Origin: Marinicella sp.
Lineage (GTDB): Bacteria > Pseudomonadota > Gammaproteobacteria > Xanthomonadales > Marinicellaceae
Direction of reading: 5' to 3'
Length of the DNA: 64,000 nucleotides
NCBI GenBank assembly: GCA_965230295.1
Contig: OZ246001.1
Span: 3,552,001 to 3,616,000, forward strand
The notes beneath the pieces are model-generated. The model was not told the origin of the DNA, searched no databases, and saw only the letters and a program-made list of their open reading frames with translations. Both the position numbers and the translations under genes were made by a program. Each line of letters opens with the position of its first letter. Positions within the stretch are counted from its first letter, which is position 1. Shown in pieces: positions 1 through 10,136 of this stretch.

Positions 1-8
1 TTTTTCAT
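1..8 (-). CDS. Probable start (ATG AAA AA...) of a gene running off the window edge, possibly another c-type cytochrome
   Basis: Minus-strand ATG at 8..6, 12 nt after the stop of the 21..329 gene, with GGAAG just upstream. Only 8 nt visible, so the product is a guess from context. Confidence 0.3.
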
Positions 9-20
9 GATGGCTTCCAT

Positions 21-329
21 TTAATTTTTGATTGATGCGAAATAAGCTGCGATATCAGCAATGTCTTGGTCGGTCAGATTGCCAGCTTGTGCTTGCATGG
101 TTTTATGACCTCTTTCACCAGAACGGTAGGCTTTCAATGCCAAGGCAATGTAAGCTTCGTTTTGTCCACCCAGGCGAGGTACGTGATAACTTGGATAGGT
201 GTTCTGATAGAAAGGGATGCCATGACAACCTGTACAGGTATAAGCAATTTTTTTGCCATTTTCCACATCACCTTCAGCAAAAGTTTGGAATGACAAAATC
301 AGCAAAACTGAAATCAATATATTTTTCAT
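21..329 (-). CDS. Class I monoheme cytochrome c (c553/c4-like)
   Basis: Signal peptide, CTGCH heme motif, PRLGGQ and MQAQA..LTDQDIADIAAYF motifs. Confidence 0.93.
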   Translation of the reverse strand: MKNILISVLLILSFQTFAEGDVENGKKIAYTCTGCHGIPFYQNTYPSYHVPRLGGQNEAYIALALKAYRSGERGHKTMQAQAGNLTDQDIADIAAYFASIKN

Positions 330-445
330 CTTAACCCAAATTTAATAAAACGCCCATTATAGTCAGATCGTCTTGCTGACTCAATCGAATTCAGGCGAAT
401 CCATAAAAAAATCAAGGCCTTGTGCCACTTCAGCAATCTATAGGC

Positions 446-472
446 AAAAAAAAGGGCTGCTTTAGCAACCCT
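446..472 (-). terminator. Intrinsic terminator after the 495..794 cytochrome gene
   Basis: Minus strand reads agggttgc-taaa-gcagccct followed by a T run. Confidence 0.75.
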
Positions 473-494
473 GATCATGAATAGGGTGTTTCAA

Positions 495-794
495 TTATTT
501 TAAGCTGGCGTAATAGGCAGCCAGATTATCAATGTCTTCATCGGTCAAAGCTGCCACCATCGGCGCCATGCTTGGGTCTTTGCGCTCACCACTTTTAAAA
601 GCTTTGATTTGTTTAACCAAATAAGCTTCTTTTTGGCCAGCGAGGTTAGGCCACAATGGACTGGGACTGATGCCATCAGCACCGTGGCAAGCTGCACAAA
701 TGGCTGACTTGGCTTTACCAGCAGCTGCATCACCAGCCAAAGCAGGCATGACAGGCAGGATTAAAAATAACAAAAGAAGGGTTGTTTTTTTCAT
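495..794 (-). CDS. Class I monoheme cytochrome c (c4/c553-like)
   Basis: Signal peptide [28 protein letters not shown] axial Met. Start set at the second Met (ORF track gives 806). Confidence 0.93.
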   Translation of the reverse strand: MKKTTLLLLFLILPVMPALAGDAAAGKAKSAICAACHGADGISPSPLWPNLAGQKEAYLVKQIKAFKSGERKDPSMAPMVAALTDEDIDNLAAYYASLK

Positions 795-910
795 AGGTAT
801 TTCCAAAGTTTCAAACTGATGCGAAGCATAGCATTAATACAAAGGGATGGTGGTAAAAAAATGTCAAATCAGGGCTGAATTTGAGGTAATTTTGACCTGG
901 GTCAAGTATC

Positions 911-1906
911 TTATAACACCCGCACTTCTTCTTCGAGTTCGATGCCGAACTTCACCTTCACCGCACGTTTGGCCATTTTGGTCATTTTCAGTAAGTCCTG
1001 ACCGGAAGCCTGGCCGTGATTCACCAGGATCAATGCATGTTTGTCATAAAATCCAGCATCGCCTTCTTTGTGGCCTTTGAAACCACATTGTTCCAACAAC
1101 CAGGCAGCACTGGTCTTTTGATCCTGACAATGCTTGGTATGAAAAAGGGGTAAGTCTTTGTGTCTTCGTTGTATGCGTTTGATGGTTTGTTCATCAATGA
1201 CCGGGTTTTTGAAAAAACTACCGGCATTGGGCAGATGCTCCGGATCAGGCAGTTTGCTTTGTCTGATTTCACAGACTGCTTGAGCCACCTGCTGGTAGCT
1301 AGGGGGTTTATCTGCATCTGCAAATTTTTGACGCAAGGGCTCGTAAGTTAAATTAACCGGGTTGTTGGGTCTGAGATCCAAACCGATGCGACTGATGATC
1401 CAGGGTTGGTCATGGTATTTGAAGACGCTGTGTCGGTATGAAAACATGCACTCTTCATTGCTCAATCGATGATACAGTCCGGTATGCCAGTTATACACCT
1501 CAACCCACACCAAACAATCTTGTAGTTCTGTACCATAGGCGCCTATGTTTTGAAATGGAGCTGCTCCCACCAAACCAGGAATCAAGGCCAGGTTTTCAAT
1601 GCCTCCTAAGTTCCTGTCTACTGCCCACATCACCAATTCATGCCAGGGTGTACCAGCCCAGGCCACCACCAGGTTATCAACGATGGTGATGTGTTTTCTG
1701 GGCTTGATATGAACCACAAATCGATTCAAGTCCTCAGTCAGTAACAAATTGCTACCGCTGCCCAAAATCAGCATTTCGGTTATTTTGATGTCGTTTGGAA
1801 GGGCTTCCAGATCACTCAGTGATTTAACTTCAGCGAATTGATCACAGCGGCAATCGACTGCCAAGGTGTTGTGATTTTTAAGGTTATAGTTTTGTTCTAT
1901 TTTCAC
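911..1906 (-). CDS. murB: UDP-N-acetylenolpyruvoylglucosamine reductase
   Basis: LGSGSNLL, IENLALIPGLVGAAPFQNIGAYG, FSYRHSVFK, PNAGSFFKNP, HALILVN and LEEEV motifs. Confidence 0.97.
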   Translation of the reverse strand: MKIEQNYNLKNHNTLAVDCRCDQFAEVKSLSDLEALPNDIKITEMLILGSGSNLLLTEDLNRFVVHIKPRKHITIVDNLVVAWAGTPWHELVMWAVDRNLGGIENLALIPGLVGAAPFQNIGAYGTELQDCLVWVEVYNWHTGLYHRLSNEECMFSYRHSVFKYHDQPWIISRIGLDLRPNNPVNLTYEPLRQKFADADKPPSYQQVAQAVCEIRQSKLPDPEHLPNAGSFFKNPVIDEQTIKRIQRRHKDLPLFHTKHCQDQKTSAAWLLEQCGFKGHKEGDAGFYDKHALILVNHGQASGQDLLKMTKMAKRAVKVKFGIELEEEVRVL

Positions 1907-2912
1907 TGGTCAATTGTTGATTAATTTGTTTGATCAAATGATTTCCTTTAATGACAAAGCCGGTATAAATTTGTATCAAATCAGCGCCCAAGTTAAACTT
2001 TTGAAGTGCGTCCTTTTTATCTATGATACCACCAACAGCGATAATTGGGAAATTTTCACCGGCAAATTGTCTGACCAATTGCAGTGTTTTATTGGATTTT
2101 TCTAACAGGGGTTTGCCGCTTAAGCCACCCATTTCCTCAGTGACATTTTTTGGACTATTTAAAGACGAAGGCCTGTCAACAGTGGTGTTGGTACAGATGA
2201 TGCCATCAAAGCCAAGCGCTTTAATTTGTTGAACCATGAATTCAAGTTGCTCGTTGTTTTGATCAGGTGAAATTTTTACCAATACCGGGGTGTACTTCTG
2301 GTCCTTTTTCTCACATTCAAGCTGTTTGGCTTTGACCCCGGATAACAAGTCAGTCAATGCCTGATCGTTTTGTAGTTCACGCAGATCTGGTGTGTTAGGT
2401 GATGAAATGTTGACAGTGATGTAATCACATAAGGTATGGGCCTTTTCAAAGCAATGCACATAATCATCAACCGCATCTTCGTTGGGTGTGACTTTGTTTT
2501 TACCGATGTTGATGCCGAGGATGCCCTGGTATGAACTGTTTTTGACTTGGTTGATCAAGTAATCGATGCCTTTGTTGTTGAAGCCCATGCGATTGATGAT
2601 CGCGTCATCAGTTTCTAACCTGAAAAGACGTGGTTTGTCATTGCCGTCTTGAGGTTTTGGGGTGATGGTGCCGATTTCTAAAAAACCAAAGCCTTGTTTA
2701 CTTAAACCATGAATGGCATCGCCATTTTTGTCAAAACCTGCGGCCAAGCCCACACGATTCGGAAAAGTGATGCCCATCAACTCAACGGGATCTTGGATTT
2801 GCTGGGTCTTGGAAAAAACAGACAATGGCGAACCCAAAGCCTTGATGGCCAAATTATGGGCCAGTTCAGCGGGCAGGGCTTGCAGGGTTTTGCGGGCAAT
2901 AAATTCGATCAT
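1884..2912 (-). CDS. pyrD: Quinone-dependent dihydroorotate dehydrogenase
   Basis: GLAAGFDKNG, INRMGFNN, NIGKNK, VNISSPNTP, GGLSGKPL. Confidence 0.97.
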   Translation of the reverse strand: MIEFIARKTLQALPAELAHNLAIKALGSPLSVFSKTQQIQDPVELMGITFPNRVGLAAGFDKNGDAIHGLSKQGFGFLEIGTITPKPQDGNDKPRLFRLETDDAIINRMGFNNKGIDYLINQVKNSSYQGILGINIGKNKVTPNEDAVDDYVHCFEKAHTLCDYITVNISSPNTPDLRELQNDQALTDLLSGVKAKQLECEKKDQKYTPVLVKISPDQNNEQLEFMVQQIKALGFDGIICTNTTVDRPSSLNSPKNVTEEMGGLSGKPLLEKSNKTLQLVRQFAGENFPIIAVGGIIDKKDALQKFNLGADLIQIYTGFVIKGNHLIKQINQQLTSENRTKL

Positions 2913-2999
2913 GTTTGGTATTATTCAGCGGTTCAACTTGGCTGCTCATTTTATAGCATTTTAGTGTCCAAATGTTCTTTACAGATACTTAGACAGTTG

Positions 3000-3090
3000 C
3001 GTCATTGCGAGGAGCGTAGCGACGTGGCAATCTCATAGCTTTACTTATAATTGGGCAGATTGCCGCGGTCGTTCCTCCCTCGCAATGACG
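3000..3090. repeat. REP-like palindromic doublet (REPIN-like)
   Basis: cgtcattgcgag...ggcaatct (3000-3033) and agattgcc...ctcgcaatgacg (3057-3090) are inverted arms. 3058-3088 is the exact reverse complement of 62177-62207. Confidence 0.85.
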
Positions 3091-3404
3091 GATTGTAGAC
3101 AGTTCACTGCTTTCAGAATTATTCAAACTACCGTCATCCTTGGTCTTACTTAAGGGACGTACTTTTGGTGGCCCGGGGGCATTTTTTATAGATTGGCTTC
3201 GACTCCGCTCAGCCAGCGAAGGCGTTCACTGAGCACTTCGACAGGCCCTGTACATTCGGATCCGAAGTGAATATATAATTAAGGAATGTTCTTGGGGCTT
3301 CATTCTGGTTCATGGTCTGACAGGTCTTCATATTTGCTGCGCAAATAAACCGACCTTTACAGACTATTGTCTGAGCAGTTGCTTCGCACTGCATGTCTGT
3401 TTTT

Positions 3405-3517
3405 GACAAAAGTGAAAGCGACCACGGCGAACATGACATGCTACCTCACGCTCTTCGCCTCTGATTCGCAGAGCTCACCAACCGGCTTGGCGGGTCAAGC
3501 TGCTCAGCAGCTTTCCA
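3405..3517 (+). repeat. 113-bp dispersed intergenic repeat, copy 1
   Basis: Matches 62252..62364 in the same orientation with 5 mismatches by manual alignment. A further 26-bp block at 3280-3305 matches 62214-62239 with 1 mismatch. Confidence 0.92.
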
Positions 3518-3532
3518 ATGGATGAATTTCAT

Positions 3533-3558
3533 AAAAAAAGGGCCCTGCGGACCCTTTT
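3533..3558 (-). terminator. Intrinsic terminator of the etfB-etfA-ALDH unit
   Basis: Minus strand aaaagggtcc-gca-gggccctttttt just downstream of the ALDH stop. Confidence 0.75.
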
Positions 3559-3582
3559 AAACATTCAACAATATATTCAAAC

Positions 3583-5100
3583 TCAGATGTCGAACTTAAT
3601 CCCTTGTGCCAGTGGCAGTTCGGTTGAGTAGTTGATGGTGTTGGTTTGTCTGCGCATGTAAGCTTTCCAGGCGTCAGAGCCGGCTTCGCGTCCGCCACCG
3701 GTTTCTTTCTCACCACCAAAGGCGCCACCGATCTCGGCACCTGAGGTACCGATGTTGACATTGGCGATACCGCAGTCAGAACCTGCTGAAGACAGGAATT
3801 GTTCTGCTTGACGCAAATCATTGGTGAAGATCGCTGATGACAGACCATGAGCCACGTCATTTTGTGACTCGATAACGGCATCCAGATCACTGAATTTCAT
3901 GACGTAAAGGATGGGTGCAAAGGTTTCGGTTTTGACCACATCCCAATCGCCTTGGGCTTTGATCACACAAGGCTCGACAAAGTTACCAGGGCCGTCTACA
4001 CGGTTACCACCGGTCAGCACCTCACCGCCAGCGGCTTTGGCTTTCTCAACGGCATCCAGGTACATTTGAACCGAAGCTTCGTCAATCAAAGGTCCCATCA
4101 AGGTATTGGTATCCAATGGATTTCCTATCGGCACTTGCTTATAAGCGTTGACTACTTTTTCAGTCAACTCATCGGCGATGTCTTCATGCACAAACAATCT
4201 ACGGGTGGTGGTACACCGTTGTCCTGCTGTTCCGACTGCACCAAACACGATGGCTGGAACAGCCAATTTCAAATCAGCAGATTTGTCAACGATCAGGGCA
4301 TTGTTACCACCCAATTCAAGCAACGATCGACCCATGCGCTTGGCCACTTGAACACCCACCTGACGACCCACTTGGGTTGAGCCGGTGAATGAAACCAGGT
4401 TCACGCGTTTGTCGTCAACAAATTTCTTTGCCAACTCATTGCTGTCATCATTGAACAACAAGAAGATTGGTGGGAAGCCGGCATCAGCCAACGCTTCGTT
4501 GCAGATGTTTTGTACGGCTATCGAGCACAGTGGCACTTTTTGTGAAGGTTTCCAGACAGAAACATTGCCACAAATCGCTGCAACAAAGGCATTCCATGAC
4601 CAAACAGCCACTGGGAAATTAAACGCAGAAATGATACCAACCACCCCAAGAGGATGCCATTGATCATACATGCGGTGACCTGGGCGCTCTGAATGCATGG
4701 TGTTGCCATACATCATGCGTGCTTGACCGACGGCAAAATCAGCCATGTCAATCATCTCTTGTACTTCGCCATCACCTTCTGATTTGATTTTACCCATTTC
4801 AGCAGCCACCAAAGAGCCCAAAGCATCTTTGTGTTTACGCAAAGCCTCACCCACCAAACGCACGGCTTCGCCACGTTGTGGTCCAGGCACTTTGCGCCAT
4901 TCTTTGAAAACCGCTTGTGCTTTGTTGATGACATTTTCATAATCAGCGTCAGAAGCCGATACCACTTTACCCAACAGCTCACCGGTGGCTGGGTTGTGTG
5001 ATTCGATCAAGCCTGCTGATTCATCAGTTGACCATTCGTTGTGGTCAATACAGGTGCCATAGTTGACATCTTTCAGACCCAGTTCTTTTAAGAAATCCAT
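3583..5100 (-). CDS. Aldehyde dehydrogenase, family 7 (antiquitin / piperideine-6-carboxylate dehydrogenase-like)
   Basis: [68 protein letters not shown]. Confidence 0.93.
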   Translation of the reverse strand: MDFLKELGLKDVNYGTCIDHNEWSTDESAGLIESHNPATGELLGKVVSASDADYENVINKAQAVFKEWRKVPGPQRGEAVRLVGEALRKHKDALGSLVAAEMGKIKSEGDGEVQEMIDMADFAVGQARMMYGNTMHSERPGHRMYDQWHPLGVVGIISAFNFPVAVWSWNAFVAAICGNVSVWKPSQKVPLCSIAVQNICNEALADAGFPPIFLLFNDDSNELAKKFVDDKRVNLVSFTGSTQVGRQVGVQVAKRMGRSLLELGGNNALIVDKSADLKLAVPAIVFGAVGTAGQRCTTTRRLFVHEDIADELTEKVVNAYKQVPIGNPLDTNTLMGPLIDEASVQMYLDAVEKAKAAGGEVLTGGNRVDGPGNFVEPCVIKAQGDWDVVKTETFAPILYVMKFSDLDAVIESQNDVAHGLSSAIFTNDLRQAEQFLSSAGSDCGIANVNIGTSGAEIGGAFGGEKETGGGREAGSDAWKAYMRRQTNTINYSTELPLAQGIKFDI

Positions 5101-5110
5101 CGTTTTATCC

Positions 5111-6043
5111 TCAGATTTTTTCCATCATTTCAGGAATGATTTTAAATAAGTCCCCGACCAATCCAACATCGGCCACTTCAAATATAGGTGCATCGCCATC
5201 TTTGTTGATGGCCACAATGGTGCCTGCATCTTTGATCCCGGTTAAATGTTGTATGGCACCAGAAATACCGAAACACATGTACAGGTCCGGCGCAATGATC
5301 TTACCGGTTTGACCCACTTGCATGTCATTGGGCACATAACCCGCATCTACTGCTGCTCTGGAAGCCCCAGTGGCAGCACCAATTTTGTCGGCCAGGTTGT
5401 AAACGATTTCAAAGTTCTCTTCTGAACCGACACCGCGACCACCAGATATGACTTTGCTGGCTGTTTGCAGGTCAGGGCGGTCTGAATTACCGGTTGAAAT
5501 ACTGACAAATGATGTGTGGTCAGCGGCCGTACCTAAGATGCTTTCAGTCACAGCGGCACTGCCATCAGTTGACTTGTCTGCGGCGAAAGAGGCGGTTCTG
5601 ACAGTGGCGACAATTTGTGGTGTATCGGTTTTAACTGTGATGATGGCATTGCCGGCATAAATAGGGCGTTTGAAAGTGTTGTCATCAATGATTTCCATCA
5701 CATCACTGACTTGGTTAACTCCCAATAAGGCCGCCACCCGAGGCATCACATCTTTACCAAATGTGGTTGAAGGGCCAAATACATGCGTATAAGACTGTCC
5801 CAGCTCTGCTATGCTTGGCGCAATAGAAGCCGCCAATTGGTCATGGTTGTCTGCACATTGCACAAATTTAACTTCATTGATGCCAGCCAGGCTGGCAACT
5901 TGTGAGGCCAAAGCCGCATCAGCTGCAAACAGCACCACATCGATGTTTTCGGCATTCATTTGTTTGGCCGCAGTCAATACTTTGGCAGTTGATTGGTTTA
6001 TTTGTGAGCCGTTGTGTTCGGCCAATATCAATACTTTACTCAT
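5111..6043 (-). CDS. etfA: Electron transfer flavoprotein alpha subunit
   Basis: [43 protein letters not shown]. Confidence 0.97.
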   Translation of the reverse strand: MSKVLILAEHNGSQINQSTAKVLTAAKQMNAENIDVVLFAADAALASQVASLAGINEVKFVQCADNHDQLAASIAPSIAELGQSYTHVFGPSTTFGKDVMPRVAALLGVNQVSDVMEIIDDNTFKRPIYAGNAIITVKTDTPQIVATVRTASFAADKSTDGSAAVTESILGTAADHTSFVSISTGNSDRPDLQTASKVISGGRGVGSEENFEIVYNLADKIGAATGASRAAVDAGYVPNDMQVGQTGKIIAPDLYMCFGISGAIQHLTGIKDAGTIVAINKDGDAPIFEVADVGLVGDLFKIIPEMMEKI

Positions 6044-6795
6044 CCTACCAGCCCCTTGTCTTTCAATATATCAATCAATTCATCAACACTTTCTACCATC
6101 ACACCTTTTTGACGAGGTTGTGGAGATTCGTGTTGTAACACTTCAATGGCCTGTCCATTGGGGGCAGGGACCAGATCAGCCATGGCTTTGACATCCAATG
6201 GTTTGCGTTTGGCCTTCATGATGTCTGGCAACTTAACAAAACGCGGCTCGTTCAATCGCAAGTCAGTTGATACCACAGCCGGTAATTCAACTTGAATGGT
6301 TTCCAAACCGGCATCCACTTCACGAGTGACGTTGATTTTGTTGCCTTCAACAAACTCGACTTTGGAAGCAAACGTGGCTTGTGGGCGGTTCCACAAAGTG
6401 GCCAACATTTGTGGTGTTTGGTTGTTGTCATCATCAATGGCTTGTTTACCTGTGATAACCAAGCCAGGTTGTTCTTCTTCAATCACTTGTAACAACACCT
6501 GTGCAGCTTGTAAGGGTTGAACCGCTTGATCGGTTTCAACCAATATGGCACGGTCAGCTCCCATGGCCATGGCTGTTCTTAATTGTTGTTGAGAATCGTT
6601 GGTGCCCAGGGTAACAACGACCACTTCTTCGGCTTTGCCTTGCTCTTTGATGCGCAGGGCTTCTTCAATGGCAATTTCATCAAATGGGTTGATGCTCATT
6701 TTAACGCCATCTGTTGCCACACCAGAGCCGTCAGGTTTTACCTGAACCCTGACGTTGTAGTCAACAACGCGTTTGATAGCTACAAGAATTTTCAT
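6040..6795 (-). CDS. etfB: Electron transfer flavoprotein beta subunit
   Basis: KRVVDYNV, NPFDEIAIEEA, AMGADRA, GKQAIDDD, DLRLNEPR. Confidence 0.97.
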   Translation of the reverse strand: MKILVAIKRVVDYNVRVQVKPDGSGVATDGVKMSINPFDEIAIEEALRIKEQGKAEEVVVVTLGTNDSQQQLRTAMAMGADRAILVETDQAVQPLQAAQVLLQVIEEEQPGLVITGKQAIDDDNNQTPQMLATLWNRPQATFASKVEFVEGNKINVTREVDAGLETIQVELPAVVSTDLRLNEPRFVKLPDIMKAKRKPLDVKAMADLVPAPNGQAIEVLQHESPQPRQKGVMVESVDELIDILKDKGLVG

Positions 6796-6913
6796 GTGAG
6801 ATTATCGGTCTGTTAAAAGGCGTGGGATTATAGCACTTAAAGCATGGAATATCATCACTTGAAGGACCATTACTTTTGTTGTTTAATGGCTGTTTTCATC
6901 GTTTGCTTTTTTT

Positions 6914-7552
6914 ATGCTGATTTCAGACAGTCATCAATTCATTTTTGTGCACATCCGAAAGGCTGCTGGCACCAGTTTGAGGCAAATTTTAGAACAAGTG
7001 TCCTTGATGAAAAATAACAATTTGTGGTACAAAATGCTCAGTCGCAACGGGTTTTCTGTAGACTACCACAAGTTTTCATTTCGCAAGCATTCCCCATTGG
7101 TAGAGGCAGAAAGGAGCATGCCATCTGATAAATTCAATCGGTATTTTAAATTTGCGGTGGTTCGCAACCCATGGGACCGATTGGTGTCAGAATATGAATA
7201 CATCAAGACCCAACCCGGTCATTCACGTTTCAAGAAACTCACCCAAATGACATTCGATGAATATGTTCTATATCAAAGTCAACGTCCAGCCGCTCATCAA
7301 GTGCATGCATTGCAGTTAAAAAATGGTCAGATAGGCTGTGACTTTGTTGGGAAATTAGAGTCCTTGCAACAATCAATGTCTGTGGTCAGTGCCAAAACAG
7401 GTCTGGACTTTTCCTCATTACCACACATCAACCGGGTTGACCGACGAGATTACCGCACTTACTACTCAGATGATATGGCTCAACAGGTCAATGACTTGTG
7501 GCAAGCCGATATTGCGGCTTTTAAATATGCCTTTGAAACACCTGACATGTAA
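6914..7552 (+). CDS. Sulfotransferase family 2 (HNK-1/Sulfotransfer_2-like) protein
   Basis: FVHIRKAAGTS (5'-PSB-like) and VRNPWDRLVSEY (3'-PB-like) motifs; DFVGKLE; C-terminal YRTYY...DIAAFKY. Confidence 0.85.
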   Translation: MLISDSHQFIFVHIRKAAGTSLRQILEQVSLMKNNNLWYKMLSRNGFSVDYHKFSFRKHSPLVEAERSMPSDKFNRYFKFAVVRNPWDRLVSEYEYIKTQPGHSRFKKLTQMTFDEYVLYQSQRPAAHQVHALQLKNGQIGCDFVGKLESLQQSMSVVSAKTGLDFSSLPHINRVDRRDYRTYYSDDMAQQVNDLWQADIAAFKYAFETPDM

Positions 7553-7609
7553 CCTATTCTTAATGCCATCATCTGCTATAATGTCGGCCTTTTAATCATC
7601 TGAGCTCAT

Positions 7610-8683
7610 ATGACAGATCAATGGTTGGTGACTGGCGGTGCTGGTTTTATTGGTGGCAATTTTGTGTTGCGCCAAGTTTTGAAAAACAACAGAAAGATCA
7701 TAAACTTAGACAAACTGACTTATGCAGGGAATAAAGACACCCTGGAAGCGGTCATGTCACACCCAAATCATCAATTTGTACAGGCCGACATCAATGATGC
7801 CAACACTGTATATGACTTGTTGATGCAGCATCAACCCAATGCAGTGGTGCATTTTGCGGCAGAATCACATGTAGATCGCTCAATAGAAGGACCACAAGTG
7901 TTCATCGAAACCAATGTTTTGGGTACCTTTAATATGTTGCAACAGGCATTGCGTTATTACCAGTCTTTGAGCAAAGACAAACAAAATACATTTCGTTTCC
8001 TACATGTGTCTACCGATGAGGTTTATGGTTCATTGGGAGAAACAGGCGCTTTCAGTGAGACCACGCCTTATGCCCCTAACTCACCGTATTCAGCTTCTAA
8101 AGCAGGTTCAGATCATTTGGTCAGGGCCTATTACCACACATTTGGCTTGCCCGTCTTGACCACCAATTGTTCAAATAACTATGGGCCTTATCAGTTTCCG
8201 GAGAAATTGATTCCATTGATGATTGAAAAGGCACTTAACCGTGAGTCCTTACCGGTTTATGGTGATGGTAAAAATGTGCGTGACTGGTTGTTCGTTGAAG
8301 ACCACTGCCGAGCCATTGAAACGGTCATAGCAAGAGGTAAGCTTGGTGAAGTTTATAATGTGGGTGGTAATGAAGAACGACAAAACATTGATATTGTGAA
8401 TACCCTGTGTGATTTGTTAGATGAGATCAAACCAGCAGGCCATAGCAGGCGAGATTTAATCACTTATGTAAAAGACCGCCCGGGGCATGACCGGCGCTAT
8501 GCCATCGATTCGACCAAGCTACAGAGTGAATTGAATTGGCAACCTAAAGAAACCTTTGAATCCGGAATCAGAAAGACCATTGAATGGTATTTAAATCACA
8601 AAACCTGGACGGATCGTGTCAAGGACGGCAGTTATCAAGGCCAGAGACTGGGTGAGGACATTGCTGCAGGAGATCAGGCATGA
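7610..8683 (+). CDS. rfbB: dTDP-glucose 4,6-dehydratase
   Basis: [48 protein letters not shown]. Confidence 0.97.
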   Translation: MTDQWLVTGGAGFIGGNFVLRQVLKNNRKIINLDKLTYAGNKDTLEAVMSHPNHQFVQADINDANTVYDLLMQHQPNAVVHFAAESHVDRSIEGPQVFIETNVLGTFNMLQQALRYYQSLSKDKQNTFRFLHVSTDEVYGSLGETGAFSETTPYAPNSPYSASKAGSDHLVRAYYHTFGLPVLTTNCSNNYGPYQFPEKLIPLMIEKALNRESLPVYGDGKNVRDWLFVEDHCRAIETVIARGKLGEVYNVGGNEERQNIDIVNTLCDLLDEIKPAGHSRRDLITYVKDRPGHDRRYAIDSTKLQSELNWQPKETFESGIRKTIEWYLNHKTWTDRVKDGSYQGQRLGEDIAAGDQA

Positions 8684-9558
8684 GTAGAAAAGGCATCATA
8701 TTAGCAGGCGGTTCAGGTACCCGGTTATACCCGCTGACGCATTCAATCAGTAAACAGTTGTTGCCGGTTTATGACAAACCGATGATTTATTATCCGTTGA
8801 GTACTTTGATGGAAGCAGGGATTAAAGATGTGCTGATCATCAATACACCACATGAACAAACTTTGTTTCAACAATTATTGGGTGATGGTTCACAGTGGGG
8901 TATGAACCTTCAATATGCCGTTCAACCTGACCCGGGTGGTTTGGCACAAGCTTATTTGATCGGTGAACAGTTCGTCTCAGGTGATGAGTCTTGCTTGATA
9001 TTGGGTGACAACATATTTCATGGTGCGGGTATGCGTACATTGATGCGCAATGCCAACAGCAGAGAGGTGGGTGCTACGGTGTTTGGGTATCGTGTACATG
9101 ACCCTGAGCGCTACGGGGTGGCTGCTTTTGATGATGATGGTGTCGTGGTGGATTTGGAAGAAAAACCAGCGCAACCTAAATCTAACTATGCGGTAACAGG
9201 ATTGTATTTTTATGATGGTCAGGCCACCGACATAGCTAAATCTCTGAAACCATCAGAGCGCGGTGAATTGGAAATCACCGATTTAAACAAAGTGTATTTG
9301 GCCCAACAATCATTGAGTGTGGAATTGATGGGTAGGGGTTATGCCTGGTTAGACACCGGAACCCATGATTCATTGGCTGAAGCGGCTAACTTCATTTCTA
9401 CCATCGAGAAAAGGCAAGGGATTAAAATTGCCTGTCCAGAAGAGATTGCTTTTAACCATGGGTGGATTGATGCAGAACAAGTGATGTCATTGGCCGCTCC
9501 GATTGCGAAAAATGGTTATGGTCAATATTTGATATCACTCATCAAGGATCATGGTTGA
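8680..9558 (+). CDS. rfbA: Glucose-1-phosphate thymidylyltransferase
   Basis: [45 protein letters not shown]. Confidence 0.97.
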   Translation: MSRKGIILAGGSGTRLYPLTHSISKQLLPVYDKPMIYYPLSTLMEAGIKDVLIINTPHEQTLFQQLLGDGSQWGMNLQYAVQPDPGGLAQAYLIGEQFVSGDESCLILGDNIFHGAGMRTLMRNANSREVGATVFGYRVHDPERYGVAAFDDDGVVVDLEEKPAQPKSNYAVTGLYFYDGQATDIAKSLKPSERGELEITDLNKVYLAQQSLSVELMGRGYAWLDTGTHDSLAEAANFISTIEKRQGIKIACPEEIAFNHGWIDAEQVMSLAAPIAKNGYGQYLISLIKDHG

Positions 9559-9563
9559 ATGTC

Positions 9564-10124
9564 ATGAAAGTCACTGAAACAAAACTGCCCGGCGTGTTGA
9601 TCATTGAGCCACAAGTGTTTGGTGATGACCGTGGTTATTTTATGGAGTCTTGGCAACAACAACGTTATCAAGAAGCCGGTATTCAACATTCATTTGTTCA
9701 AAGCAATGTATCTAAGTCACAGCATGGTGTGTTAAGAGGTTTGCATTTTCAAAACCCCAATCCGCAAGGTAAATTGGTCTATGTCCTGGAAGGTGAGGTT
9801 TTTGATGTGGCGGTGGATGTCAGAAAAGGTTCACCAACTTATGGTCAATCCGAATCCCTCATCATCAGTTCAGACAATCACAAGCAATTCTATGTGCCTG
9901 AGGGGTTTGCCCATGGCTTTTGTGTGTTGTCAGAGTCTGCCACCTTTTGTTATATGTGTACCAATTATTATGATGCCAGTGCAGATGCATCTATTTTATG
10001 GAATGATGAGTCTTTAGGGATAGACTGGCCTCTTACATCACCTATTTTGTCAGGAAAAGATTCTAAAGCATTGAAATTAAAGGACATAAACCCTGATAAA
10101 TTACCGGTTTATAAAGTTGAATAG
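9564..10124 (+). CDS. rfbC: dTDP-4-dehydrorhamnose 3,5-epimerase
   Basis: FGDDRGYF, VLRGLHFQ, QGKLV, DVAVDVR, PEGFAHGF. Confidence 0.97.
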   Translation: MKVTETKLPGVLIIEPQVFGDDRGYFMESWQQQRYQEAGIQHSFVQSNVSKSQHGVLRGLHFQNPNPQGKLVYVLEGEVFDVAVDVRKGSPTYGQSESLIISSDNHKQFYVPEGFAHGFCVLSESATFCYMCTNYYDASADASILWNDESLGIDWPLTSPILSGKDSKALKLKDINPDKLPVYKVE

Positions 10125-10136
10125 TGTGGTGTTGAT

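Noticed and set aside
2709-3038. 109-aa plus-strand ORF ending RHCEERSDVAIS
   Set aside because: Antisense to pyrD; the C-terminus is just the translated REP arm.
3209-3439. 76-aa ORF in the pyrD-ALDH intergenic region
   Set aside because: Lies across palindromic repeat modules; no RBS or protein-like features.
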